Virus record (IMG/VR): IMGVR_UViG_3300025066_000136
Span: 1 to 25,690 of that record
Length of the DNA stretch: 25,690 nucleotides
Strand: one strand, 5' to 3'
Source of the DNA: a virus
Lineage: Duplodnaviria; Caudoviricetes
Shown: positions 7,432 to 14,833 of the stretch, piece after piece
Position numbering within the stretch: the stretch's first letter is position 1
Layout: the number at the start of each line of letters is the position of its first letter
The notes under the pieces: generated by a model
Database searches by the model: none
What the model was told of the DNA's origin: nothing
The model's input: the letters and a program-made list of their open reading frames with translations, nothing else
Program-made: the position numbers and the translations under genes

Positions 7432-7638
7432 ATGAACAATCAAAAAATAGGCATTTTGACAACAAACGACCCTGCATTATGTGAATGGTTAACAGAGAGT
7501 TTTCCATGTTGGGTAATTGCAATAACGCCCAATTCAAAGGTAATAGAGTTTTTTCCATTACCAAATCAACAACCACACACAACAGTAGAGTCGCCCGAAA
7601 TTCCCGTAACAATATGTGAGAATAAATGCAAACCTTAA
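7432..7638 (+). CDS. Hypothetical protein (68 aa)
   Basis: ORF with the same junction and initiation context as its neighbours. Confidence 0.6.
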   Translation: MNNQKIGILTTNDPALCEWLTESFPCWVIAITPNSKVIEFFPLPNQQPHTTVESPEIPVTICENKCKP

Positions 7639-7703
7639 TTAAAATAGTCTGTATACTATTCGGCACGACCCTTCTTATTGGCTTAATTAGATTGTGTTGG
7701 TGA
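7626..7703 (+). CDS. Possible 25-aa single-TM peptide (MQTLIKIVCILFGTTLLIGLIRLCW)
   Basis: Hydrophobic mini-ORF with AATAAATG context filling the gap; very short. Confidence 0.35.
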   Translation: MQTLIKIVCILFGTTLLIGLIRLCW

Positions 7704-7720
7704 CTATCAGGAGTTATACT
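7692..7720 (+). promoter_or_regulatory. Sigma70-type promoter giving a predicted leaderless mRNA
   Basis: TTGTGT (7692-7697), 17 bp, TATACT (7715-7720); the ATG begins at 7727. Confidence 0.55.
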
Positions 7721-7726
7721 TTTCTT

Positions 7727-8410
7727 ATGAAGGGAATAATATTAGCAGGAGGTCAAGGAACAAGACTACGACCTCTAACATATTTAACAAACAAGCACCT
7801 ATTACCTATCTATGACAAGCAGATGGTTCTATATCCTCTACAAACTCTCAAAGATATGGGAATAGAGGACATTCTTTTAGTCACTGGAGGTGAGCATATC
7901 GGACAATTTGCCGAATTACTAGGAGATGGGTCTGAATATGGGGTGAAATTGACCTATAAAGTCCAGAAAGAAGCTGGTGGTATTGCTCAAGCTCTACTAT
8001 TAGCTGAAGATTTCGTTGACGATGAGTCATTTGCCGTTATTTTGGGAGATAATATCTTTGAATATCCAGTCAAATGTCCTACAGGTTGTGGAATTGTAGT
8101 AAAAGAAGTAGGTGACCCTGAGAGATTTGGTGTATATCAAGACGGAGAGATTGTAGAGAAGCCAGAAAAACCTAAGTCTAATGATGCTGTATTAGGATTA
8201 TATTTCTATACCAGAGAGATTTTTGACTTTATCAAGACTCTGAAACCTTCTGCAAGAGGAGAATTAGAGATTACTTCGGTGAATAATTGGTGTTTAGCTA
8301 ATGTCGAGTCAAATATTTTACGCTATGATGGATTTTGGTCAGATGCTGGTACACTAAAGTCTATCCAGAAGTGTAATGAGTGGGCTTCAACTAGGAATGT
8401 GTTAGAATAA
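7727..8410 (+). CDS. rfbA: Glucose-1-phosphate thymidylyltransferase-like sugar nucleotidyltransferase (short form, 227 aa)
   Basis: MKGIILAGGQGTRLRPLT...NKHLLPIYDK, ILGDNIF, EKP, PSARGELEIT, WSDAGT. Start moved to the ATG at 7727. Confidence 0.92.
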   Translation: MKGIILAGGQGTRLRPLTYLTNKHLLPIYDKQMVLYPLQTLKDMGIEDILLVTGGEHIGQFAELLGDGSEYGVKLTYKVQKEAGGIAQALLLAEDFVDDESFAVILGDNIFEYPVKCPTGCGIVVKEVGDPERFGVYQDGEIVEKPEKPKSNDAVLGLYFYTREIFDFIKTLKPSARGELEITSVNNWCLANVESNILRYDGFWSDAGTLKSIQKCNEWASTRNVLE

Positions 8411-8416
8411 ATACAA

Positions 8417-8890
8417 ATGGCAAAGAAAATACCTAATAATCCAGAGTTAATCAAATCTAAGTTAGATACTAAGGTTGGTAAGTATTTCATTAACAGACAA
8501 AAAGGTATGAATAAGAAAGAATCACAGTTGGCGGCAGGATTTGCTGATGGTCAACATGGCACTAGGATTGAAAATACAGAACAGTACAAAGAATTAGAGA
8601 AGATTTTCTATAAAGATGAGTTGTTAGCTCAAATATCTCTAACAGAATTAGCTGAGGAGCTAGTAAAGAATGTGAAACAAGACAAGGAATTGGGGGCTAA
8701 GAATAGGGCTATTGAGATAGCTTTGAATAAGATAGAACCAGATAAGATACAAGAAACCTTTGATGATAGAGTCCATGTTGTCTTGGTAGAGCCTGAAAAG
8801 GTACATCGAGTTGAAAAAACTAAGGTTCATGAGGTCGAGTCAAATCCTGTAGAGGAGGAAGAACCTATCAATGCTACTCTAGAAGACTAG
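8417..8890 (+). CDS. Probable terminase small subunit
   Basis: N-terminal HTH-like KYF...KGMNKKESQLAAGF (compare NATQAAIRAGYS), helical middle with AKNRAIEIALNK, C-terminal beta strand; last + strand gene before TerL. Confidence 0.55.
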   Translation: MAKKIPNNPELIKSKLDTKVGKYFINRQKGMNKKESQLAAGFADGQHGTRIENTEQYKELEKIFYKDELLAQISLTELAEELVKNVKQDKELGAKNRAIEIALNKIEPDKIQETFDDRVHVVLVEPEKVHRVEKTKVHEVESNPVEEEEPINATLED

Positions 8891-8970
8891 CTACATACTA
8901 TATTTGTCTAAAAAACCGCAACTAATCAGATGCAAAAATTTCACGGGTTCACCACTTGTGTTTTTCGTAC

Positions 8971-9034
8971 TCTATCCCCTGTATAAAAATAGATTTTGAT
9001 TATCAGTTAAAATTTAGCTTATACAGGAGATAGA
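8971..9034. repeat. Long imperfect inverted repeat where two transcription units converge
   Basis: TCTATCCCCTGTATAA (8971-8986) / TTATACAGGAGATAGA (9019-9034), 15/16 match, with further inner pairing. Confidence 0.75.
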
Positions 9035-9070
9035 AAACAAAAAAGCGACATATAAGTTAATATATATCGC
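9035..9070 (-). terminator. Intrinsic terminator of the minus-strand cassette, possibly bidirectional
   Basis: Stem 9045-9054 / 9061-9070 whose single mismatch is G-U on the minus strand; followed by UUUUUUGUUU on the minus strand. Confidence 0.75.
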
Positions 9071-9089
9071 CCTTTTGATTTTTACCTTT

Positions 9090-9386
9090 TTAATGGTCAT
9101 CAGAGTAGTGCGGTATTGATAGTCCGCTTTTCTGACAATAGCATATTTCGGCTTTTTTCTTTTCGGCTTTTTCGTCCCACAAGACTATATCCCTGATACC
9201 GTATCCCCTTTCATCAAATACGGTGGCTTTCAAGATAAATCTATTGTGATGTTTTTTGAATACAATGTTTACAACCTCCCTATCCTCTTTGCTATCGTCT
9301 CTAAATTTGTAAGTAGTATTTAGGTATGTATTCCCTCCTTGTCCCTTGCTAGCCCTTTCGCTAGTTGTTGTTGCGTATAGTTTCAT
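9090..9386 (-). CDS. Hypothetical early protein (98 aa, MKLYATTTSERASKGQGGN...)
   Basis: Last ORF of a tightly packed minus-strand operon. Confidence 0.75.
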   Translation of the reverse strand: MKLYATTTSERASKGQGGNTYLNTTYKFRDDSKEDREVVNIVFKKHHNRFILKATVFDERGYGIRDIVLWDEKAEKKKAEICYCQKSGLSIPHYSDDH

Positions 9387-9388
9387 AG

Positions 9389-9586
9389 CTATATGATGTT
9401 GATTAGTTGATTTTCTACTAATGAGATTTTTTTGTTAGCACTTAGACTATTTTCGTATGGATACAGTGTAAATCGTATCTTGCCGTTTTTAGCCTCACAT
9501 ATCTCAATTACTTCGTAATTAAGCCCATTGTGAATATCAACTTTATCACCTAACGAAACTTCGCAAGCGTGTTTTTGTTCTATCAT
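9389..9586 (-). CDS. Hypothetical protein (65 aa, MIEQKHACEVSLGDKV...), small beta-barrel-like
   Basis: Start moved to the ATG at 9586 (AATAGAATTATG context, same as the 10553 start); the track's longer version runs through hairpins. Confidence 0.7.
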   Translation of the reverse strand: MIEQKHACEVSLGDKVDIHNGLNYEVIEICEAKNGKIRFTLYPYENSLSANKKISLVENQLINII

Positions 9587-9609
9587 AATTCTATTGTTAA
9601 AGTTCTTAT

Positions 9610-9665
9610 AAATCGCAAGTCTAACGACCTGCACAGAATACACCTGTATAGATGTACTCTAGCAG
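9610..9665 (-). promoter_or_regulatory. Intergenic hairpin pair (possible RNA processing or stability element)
   Basis: Stem 9629-9645 / 9650-9665 with two mismatches that are G-U on the minus strand; second hairpin GGUCGU/GCGAUU at about 9611-9629. Confidence 0.5.
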
Positions 9666-9669
9666 ATAA

Positions 9670-9876
9670 CTAGTCAATCAATTCTAAATCAGTTATTTTG
9701 CCGTTGATAATTTCCGCCACCGCTTCTCTGCCCTCCCACGAGGTTGTAATACCATAAGTAAATCCAGCATCATTTTTGGTCTTGGCAGATACATTATTCT
9801 CAAATTCTATCAAGTAATTAGGATTACCATTGACTGAATTCTTTATCCTCTCAATGTTGTGAATTTTCGTTCTCAT
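9670..9876 (-). CDS. Hypothetical protein (68 aa)
   Basis: MRTKIHNIERIKNSVNGNPNY...; packed against the upstream stop. Confidence 0.75.
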   Translation of the reverse strand: MRTKIHNIERIKNSVNGNPNYLIEFENNVSAKTKNDAGFTYGITTSWEGREAVAEIINGKITDLELID

Positions 9877-9877
9877 A

Positions 9878-10027
9878 TTAGTTCAATTTAATGATTGTTA
9901 ATGCTCCTAAAACAAGTAAGATAATTACTATCCTCCATGTTCTTTTCCTGCTCTTACTCCTAAACTCTGGATATAGTTCTGAATGTTGCATGGTTGCTTG
10001 TTGTTTTTCTAGTTGTGAATGTTGCAT
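9878..10027 (-). CDS. Small membrane-anchored protein (49 aa, MQHSQLEKQQATMQHSELYPEFRSKSRKRTWRIVIILLVLGALTIIKLN)
   Basis: Translated by hand; basic patch followed by a TM helix; TAA-N-ATG junctions on both sides. Confidence 0.7.
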   Translation of the reverse strand: MQHSQLEKQQATMQHSELYPEFRSKSRKRTWRIVIILLVLGALTIIKLN

Positions 10028-10028
10028 G

Positions 10029-10187
10029 TTAGTATTCTCTTTTAGTTAGTTCCCTTTCTAATTCTAGTAATTCTCCAATCACATCATCTAATGCACCGTT
10101 TGTGTGTTTTGATAGTTCTGCTATCAATTCCTCATGCCTTTCAATGATGTAATCATCTGTTTTATCCTCTATATTTTTGCTTTCCAT
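10029..10187 (-). CDS. Small acidic helical protein (52 aa, MESKNIEDKTDDY...ELTKREY)
   Basis: Translated by hand; TAACATG junctions on both sides. Confidence 0.7.
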   Translation of the reverse strand: MESKNIEDKTDDYIIERHEELIAELSKHTNGALDDVIGELLELERELTKREY

Positions 10188-10188
10188 G

Positions 10189-10359
10189 TTAATAGTTTTG
10201 TTTAATATATGCTAATAATGCGTCTAACTCCTGTATTACATCAGATGATAGCTCATAATCGCCTTGCATAAGCTCCTTATAATCATCTGCAAAGTAGTTA
10301 TTAAGGTACTTTTTAAGCCACCATAAGTGGTGTAGTAATTGTTTGTCGTTTTTTTCCAT
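10189..10359 (-). CDS. Hypothetical protein (56 aa, MEKNDKQLLHHLWWLKK...)
   Basis: Start moved to the ATG at 10359, just after the upstream stop. Confidence 0.7.
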   Translation of the reverse strand: MEKNDKQLLHHLWWLKKYLNNYFADDYKELMQGDYELSSDVIQELDALLAYIKQNY

Positions 10360-10361
10360 GG

Positions 10362-10553
10362 TTATATTGTTATTTCGTGCTGGCAGTTGTCGCAATGGAT
10401 TGTCATTTCTTCGTCTGCCTCTTGTAAATAGTCTAATAACGCCAGTGTGCTGTTAACAGACTCCACTGCTGTCTTTTCTCCTGCATTTAGAGGGTTGTCT
10501 TTCTTGTAAATGAATATTGCCTCTCTGATTGTGTCTTGTAAGTTGTTTTCCAT
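10362..10553 (-). CDS. Hypothetical protein (63 aa) with a C-terminal CxxC
   Basis: A-rich initiation context; ends IHCDNCQHEITI. Confidence 0.7.
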   Translation of the reverse strand: MENNLQDTIREAIFIYKKDNPLNAGEKTAVESVNSTLALLDYLQEADEEMTIHCDNCQHEITI

Positions 10554-10594
10554 AATTCTATTTATTTAGTTAATAATCACAAAGTAAAAACCGA

Positions 10595-10711
10595 TTAACT
10601 GTTTGCTATCGAAATCAATGTTAGAAAAAAGACAGGTAATCCAATTAGAATTATATCTGTATCTATCATTCCTGCTAACATTATCCCTGCAAATACCACT
10701 ATTGCTCCCAT
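10595..10711 (-). CDS. Very hydrophobic 38-aa peptide (MGAIVVFAGIMLAGMIDTDIILIGLPVFFLTLISIANS)
   Basis: Translated by hand; first ORF after the minus-strand promoter; TAAAATTATG context identical to the 1759 start. Confidence 0.6.
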   Translation of the reverse strand: MGAIVVFAGIMLAGMIDTDIILIGLPVFFLTLISIANS

Positions 10712-10749
10712 AATTTTATATATTTAACTGATAATCTTACTTCCTCTTA

Positions 10750-10822
10750 AACATAGCATAGTTATCTGATAACACAAGCATAAGTTATCCACACCTGTGG
10801 AAAAGTATCAATGTTGTATAAT
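10750..10822. promoter_or_regulatory. Divergent promoter pair around two inverted DnaA boxes
   Basis: Minus strand: TTGTGT (10777-10772), 16 bp, TGc-TATGTT (10755-10750). Palindrome GTTATC-T-GATAAC at 10761-10773. TTATCCACA at 10785-10793 and TGTGGAAAA at 10796-10804. Plus strand: TATAAT at 10817-10822. Confidence 0.7.
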
Positions 10823-10828
10823 TAGATT

Positions 10829-11075
10829 AAGAGTAAAACATATCTGACGGTGAAACCCGCCGTTTCAATCGCCTCATGACTGAGGGTAATGAATAAAGAA
10901 CCGACACCATACGGAACAATAGGATATGTAGATAATAGTTTAATTGAATATAATCTGTTTACAGGGGTTCAAGGTTTACCGTAGAGGATATCAGGTGCAT
11001 AACAGTATTACAGCTATTGGTACTAATCAATAGCTACTGTTAATTAAATCGCTTAGAACTCAATTTTAAGCTTTA
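10829..11075 (+). ncRNA. Candidate structured non-coding RNA
   Basis: Begins just after TATAAT; multibranch fold at 10838-10929 plus hairpins at 11000-11042 and 11051-11071; G-U pairs on the + strand; no ORF. Confidence 0.4.
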
Positions 11076-11327
11076 TATTGTAGTTTAAGGTAAGTTTATC
11101 AAGGGTAATGTGATGTGATATGTGACATTATGCAATCATAGTCTAGTGTTTTATATTGCTTGTATGTCTATTATCACCACACACACCCTACTATAAATCA
11201 CTGAACATTAAAGGGGGGGGTAGTAAGTCAAGTTGAATTGTAAGTTAAAATATATGATTTAGACTATCTACACAGACTAGAAATGAGACAAATGAGATAA
11301 GCTCAGTTAAAAGTTTGGGGAGGGGTG

Positions 11328-11336
11328 TGCTAGAAT
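11328..11336 (+). promoter_or_regulatory. Extended -10 promoter for terL (near-leaderless)
   Basis: TGc-TAGAAT at 11328-11336; ATG at 11346. Confidence 0.5.
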
Positions 11337-11345
11337 ATAAGATAT

Positions 11346-12866
11346 ATGAGTAAAAAACCTATTGATGATTACGAGAAGTTAGGACAAGCTCTTTTAGATG
11401 GTAAAGTTATTAATGAGATTACTTTGAAAGGTAAGCATTATAAGTTTGCTTACACCTATGATGAGTTTTTATCTAAGGCTCTGAGTAATGGTTGGCCTAG
11501 AGAGTTTGTTGATGATGTTGTATGGCCTAAATATCGACCTGTGCAGGCTGAGTTTATCTCTGATATGAAGTCGGACTTTGCGTTAGGGAGTGGGGGGTTC
11601 GGTTCAGGTAAGTCTCTGGCTCTATATGTGAAGCTTATTCTAACTTGTCGTTGTTTTCCGAATAACCGTATCCTTGTAGGTAGAAAGACTCTGTCTGACA
11701 TTGAACGTGCGATTCTACCTGATTTGTTTGATTTGATGCCAGCTAGTTGGTATGAGTACAGGGTGAAGGATGGAGTGATTAATTTTAAGAATGGTAGCCA
11801 GATTATCCTTTTTGGGTTGGATGCGATGCAATCTGGAGGGGTAGCTGATATTAAGAAGGCGGAACAGAAGCTAAAGTCTCTGAACTTAGGAGGTTATTTC
11901 ATTGACCAGTTGGAGGAAATTGAGGAATCAGTGTTTGATGTTCTTAATTCTCGTCTTAGAAGGACTAATGTACCCTTTAGACAAGGAAATATGACTACAA
12001 ACCCTGCTAACTTCTGGGCATATGATGCTTGGGTGGCTAATCCAAGGCCAGGATATGAGTTATATGAGTCTTGTATGATATTTAACCCCTCTTTGCCTTG
12101 GGATTACCTCCGAAAACAGCTTGCTATGCCCGAAGACTACGTAAAAAGGTTCGTTATGGGAGAATGGACTACTGATTTGCTCTTAAAAGGGGCTGTATTT
12201 GCTAAAGACAACATCCAATATCAAGAAAAGATGCTAAAACAACCTCTGATGGTAGAGGAGGAGTGTGAAATCTACGAAATGCCGAAGCCTGGGGTGGAGT
12301 ATAGGATGGGTGTAGACCCTTCTATGGGTGTTGTAGACCCTAGTTCTATTTCGGTGGTGTCTTCTGAGGGTAGGAAGGTAGCTAAATTCAATGGAAAGGT
12401 TCCCGTTACCGCTTTAGCAGAAAGAATCAAATTTTTATACTATAAGTACAATAAACCTCTGATTATTCCAGAAACAAACTGTACGGCAGGTGGTGGATTG
12501 ATACGGGAGATACGAGACCTTAATGTCTATCGGAGGAAGGAGTTAAACTCTAAGTACGATAAGGAATCTGAGAAACTCGGCTTCCATACCTCCTCTTCTT
12601 CAAAGGCTCAACTCATCACCCACTTCAATAGATTGTTAAATGAGAAGGTTCCAAAGATTTATGATAAGAAGACTATTGAGGAGATGAAGACTTTCCTTTG
12701 GAGTGATGAAGCAAAGCAACAGGGGGCGGGGGCAGCCAGAGGATTTCATGATGATGACATCATGTCCACCATGCTCGCATACTGGGATTTCTATCCAGAG
12801 AAGGTAATTGAAAGGCAAGTTGCTAAAGCTCAACCCATTGCAAGAAAGAAGTTTCAATATACGTAA
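11346..12866 (+). CDS. terL: Terminase large subunit
   Basis: Walker A SGGFGSGKS, Walker B-like GYFIDQLEE, motif III TTNP, RNase H-like nuclease motifs GVDPSMG, IIPETN and HDDDIMS; precedes the portal. Confidence 0.93.
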   Translation: MSKKPIDDYEKLGQALLDGKVINEITLKGKHYKFAYTYDEFLSKALSNGWPREFVDDVVWPKYRPVQAEFISDMKSDFALGSGGFGSGKSLALYVKLILTCRCFPNNRILVGRKTLSDIERAILPDLFDLMPASWYEYRVKDGVINFKNGSQIILFGLDAMQSGGVADIKKAEQKLKSLNLGGYFIDQLEEIEESVFDVLNSRLRRTNVPFRQGNMTTNPANFWAYDAWVANPRPGYELYESCMIFNPSLPWDYLRKQLAMPEDYVKRFVMGEWTTDLLLKGAVFAKDNIQYQEKMLKQPLMVEEECEIYEMPKPGVEYRMGVDPSMGVVDPSSISVVSSEGRKVAKFNGKVPVTALAERIKFLYYKYNKPLIIPETNCTAGGGLIREIRDLNVYRRKELNSKYDKESEKLGFHTSSSSKAQLITHFNRLLNEKVPKIYDKKTIEEMKTFLWSDEAKQQGAGAARGFHDDDIMSTMLAYWDFYPEKVIERQVAKAQPIARKKFQYT

Positions 12867-12876
12867 TGGTATAATT
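12865..12876 (+). promoter_or_regulatory. Extended -10 promoter (late motif, copy 1)
   Basis: AATGGTATAATT; near-identical copies at 15065 and 22991. Confidence 0.7.
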
Positions 12877-12903
12877 TAACTATTACTAGATAAAACACGT
12901 GTT

Positions 12904-13044
12904 ATGAAAAATCCTTTAAAAAAGAAAAAGGTTGCTGAAAAGGTGGAGAAGGAAAAAGTTGAGGTTGTACAGCCTCAAAGTATTGAGGAACATCCTGAAT
13001 ATGACCCTGACCTACCTTTGCATAAGCAACGACACTTAATATAA
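12904..13044 (+). CDS. Small charged protein (46 aa, MKNPLKKKKVAEK...HKQRHLI)
   Basis: Translated by hand; lies between the promoter and the portal gene. Confidence 0.6.
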   Translation: MKNPLKKKKVAEKVEKEKVEVVQPQSIEEHPEYDPDLPLHKQRHLI

Positions 13045-13051
13045 GCAAACA

Positions 13052-14830
13052 ATGGCATTAAATGAAATCAGAAAAGAAGTTGAAGATTTCGAGACAAAGG
13101 AGGTGCAGATAGTGCCTGGTCTTACCTTTAATCAAAAAGATATGATAGAGAATATTTTCTTCTACTATCATTCTAAGTTTGTTACTGGTGATGAAGATGA
13201 TGAGGGGGATAGAAAATATTTCTATAATATTGTTAAGAACCCTTGTAAGGTCTTCTCAAAAGCTATTGACTTTGATACTAAGAATATTCGCCTGCTAACT
13301 ACGGGTGGGGGAGACCCTCTAAAGACATGGTTCATGGAGAGGGACTTGAAGTATTGGATGCGAGATAAACAATTTGGTAAGACTCTGAATAGAATCTTTA
13401 AAGAATTACCTATCTTCGGTAGTGTGGTTTTGAAGATTGTTGATGGTACTCCTTTCTTTGTAGATTTACGAAACTTCATTGTAGAACAGTCTGCTGACAA
13501 GTTAGACGAATCTAATTACATTATTGAAATTCACAACTTCACTGTGGATGAATTTCGTACTGTAGGAAAGAAGATGAAATGGGAACAATCTAAGATTGAT
13601 GAAACAATCAAACAGTTCCGAGAGATGAGAGGTACATCTCATATTCGAGTTTATGAACGATATGGTGAATATGAAGATGTTAATGAAAAGGGTGAGAGCA
13701 AATACTCAAATCGTAGAGTATTCTTCGCTGATGTTGGAGTAGACGAATATGACCAATACGATAATCTAGTTACTCCAAAACAAGGTGTAGAACTTTCTTC
13801 AGATGAATGGGATGGAAACCCTTATTGGGAGTTCCATACAGACAAGTTATCTGGAAGATGGTTGGGAATGGGAGTAGTTGAATCTCTGATTGAGCCTCAG
13901 GTTCGTCAGAATGAATTAGCTAACCTACAATCCAAGGCTTCTTACTGGGCTGCTCTTAGAGTATTCCAAACGAGAGACTCTGCCATTAACAGAAATCTTC
14001 TAACTGATACAAGGAACGGTGAGATTCTAAACGTTGACCAAGAAGTTACTCAGATTGATATGTCAGATAGAAACCTGGCGTTCTTCAATCAACAACGAAC
14101 TGATTGGATGCAGAACAGGGATGAATTAACATTCTCCTTTGACGCTATTCAAGGTGAGAGGTCTCCTGCGGGAACTCCTCTAGGTTCAACTCAAATCTCT
14201 GTAGGACAATCACTATCGTATTTTGAAGGTATCCAAGAGAACATTGCTCTAGATATTAAAGAAATGCTTTATAAGGTGATAATCCCTCAATTTGAGAAGG
14301 ATAGTAAAGCTAAGCATACACTACGATTAGTAGGTGAAGACTTAGATACTTACATTGGAATGGTGAAGAACCAACTTGTATTGAAAGAAATCATCAGACA
14401 AGCAGACCAATATGGAACACTTCCTGATGGTGAACAGAAAGAGGTGATTGAATTGGCTATTACTGAATCAATCAAGCAAGAGAAAGAAAAGATTCTGGAT
14501 GTTCCTAAAGGGTTCTATGATGACAGTAAATACGATATTGATATTGATATTACTGGAGAAAGTATTGATACCAGAGTACGAAGTGCGACAATGCTATCAA
14601 TCTTACAAGCTGTAACTGCTGACCCTCAGATGACTGTAGACCCTGTAAAACGAAAGATTCTATACAGAATGGCAGAAGATGGAGGTATTAACCCTAATGA
14701 TTTGTTTGATGTGGAAACTAAGGAGGTAGAAAATGCTATCCCTGCTGAAGCCGCTAGAGCTGGAGGTGGAGTATCTGCACCAGCAATGGGAGGTCAATCA
14801 GCTCCAGGTCAAACTCAACAAACAGTCTAA
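13052..14830 (+). CDS. Portal protein (P22-like)
   Basis: 592 aa after TerL; GRWLGMGVVESL..PQ...NEL.N and GE..PAGTPLG patterns, YDIDIDITGES crown and low-complexity Q/G/A tail. Confidence 0.88.
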   Translation: MALNEIRKEVEDFETKEVQIVPGLTFNQKDMIENIFFYYHSKFVTGDEDDEGDRKYFYNIVKNPCKVFSKAIDFDTKNIRLLTTGGGDPLKTWFMERDLKYWMRDKQFGKTLNRIFKELPIFGSVVLKIVDGTPFFVDLRNFIVEQSADKLDESNYIIEIHNFTVDEFRTVGKKMKWEQSKIDETIKQFREMRGTSHIRVYERYGEYEDVNEKGESKYSNRRVFFADVGVDEYDQYDNLVTPKQGVELSSDEWDGNPYWEFHTDKLSGRWLGMGVVESLIEPQVRQNELANLQSKASYWAALRVFQTRDSAINRNLLTDTRNGEILNVDQEVTQIDMSDRNLAFFNQQRTDWMQNRDELTFSFDAIQGERSPAGTPLGSTQISVGQSLSYFEGIQENIALDIKEMLYKVIIPQFEKDSKAKHTLRLVGEDLDTYIGMVKNQLVLKEIIRQADQYGTLPDGEQKEVIELAITESIKQEKEKILDVPKGFYDDSKYDIDIDITGESIDTRVRSATMLSILQAVTADPQMTVDPVKRKILYRMAEDGGINPNDLFDVETKEVENAIPAEAARAGGGVSAPAMGGQSAPGQTQQTV

Positions 14831-14833
14831 AAT

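Noticed and set aside
10840-10890. Hammerhead ribozyme on the minus strand (GAAACGG...CCGUC)
   Set aside because: A stem III-like part is present, but the core reads GUCAUGA rather than CUGAnGA and stems I and II are not convincing.
10838-10929. tRNA gene (cloverleaf-like fold)
   Set aside because: No T-loop TTCRA, no D-loop GG, no 7-nt anticodon loop geometry and no CCA.
11108-11128. CRP-binding site
   Set aside because: The TGTGA copies are direct repeats, with no matching TCACA half-site at the right spacing.
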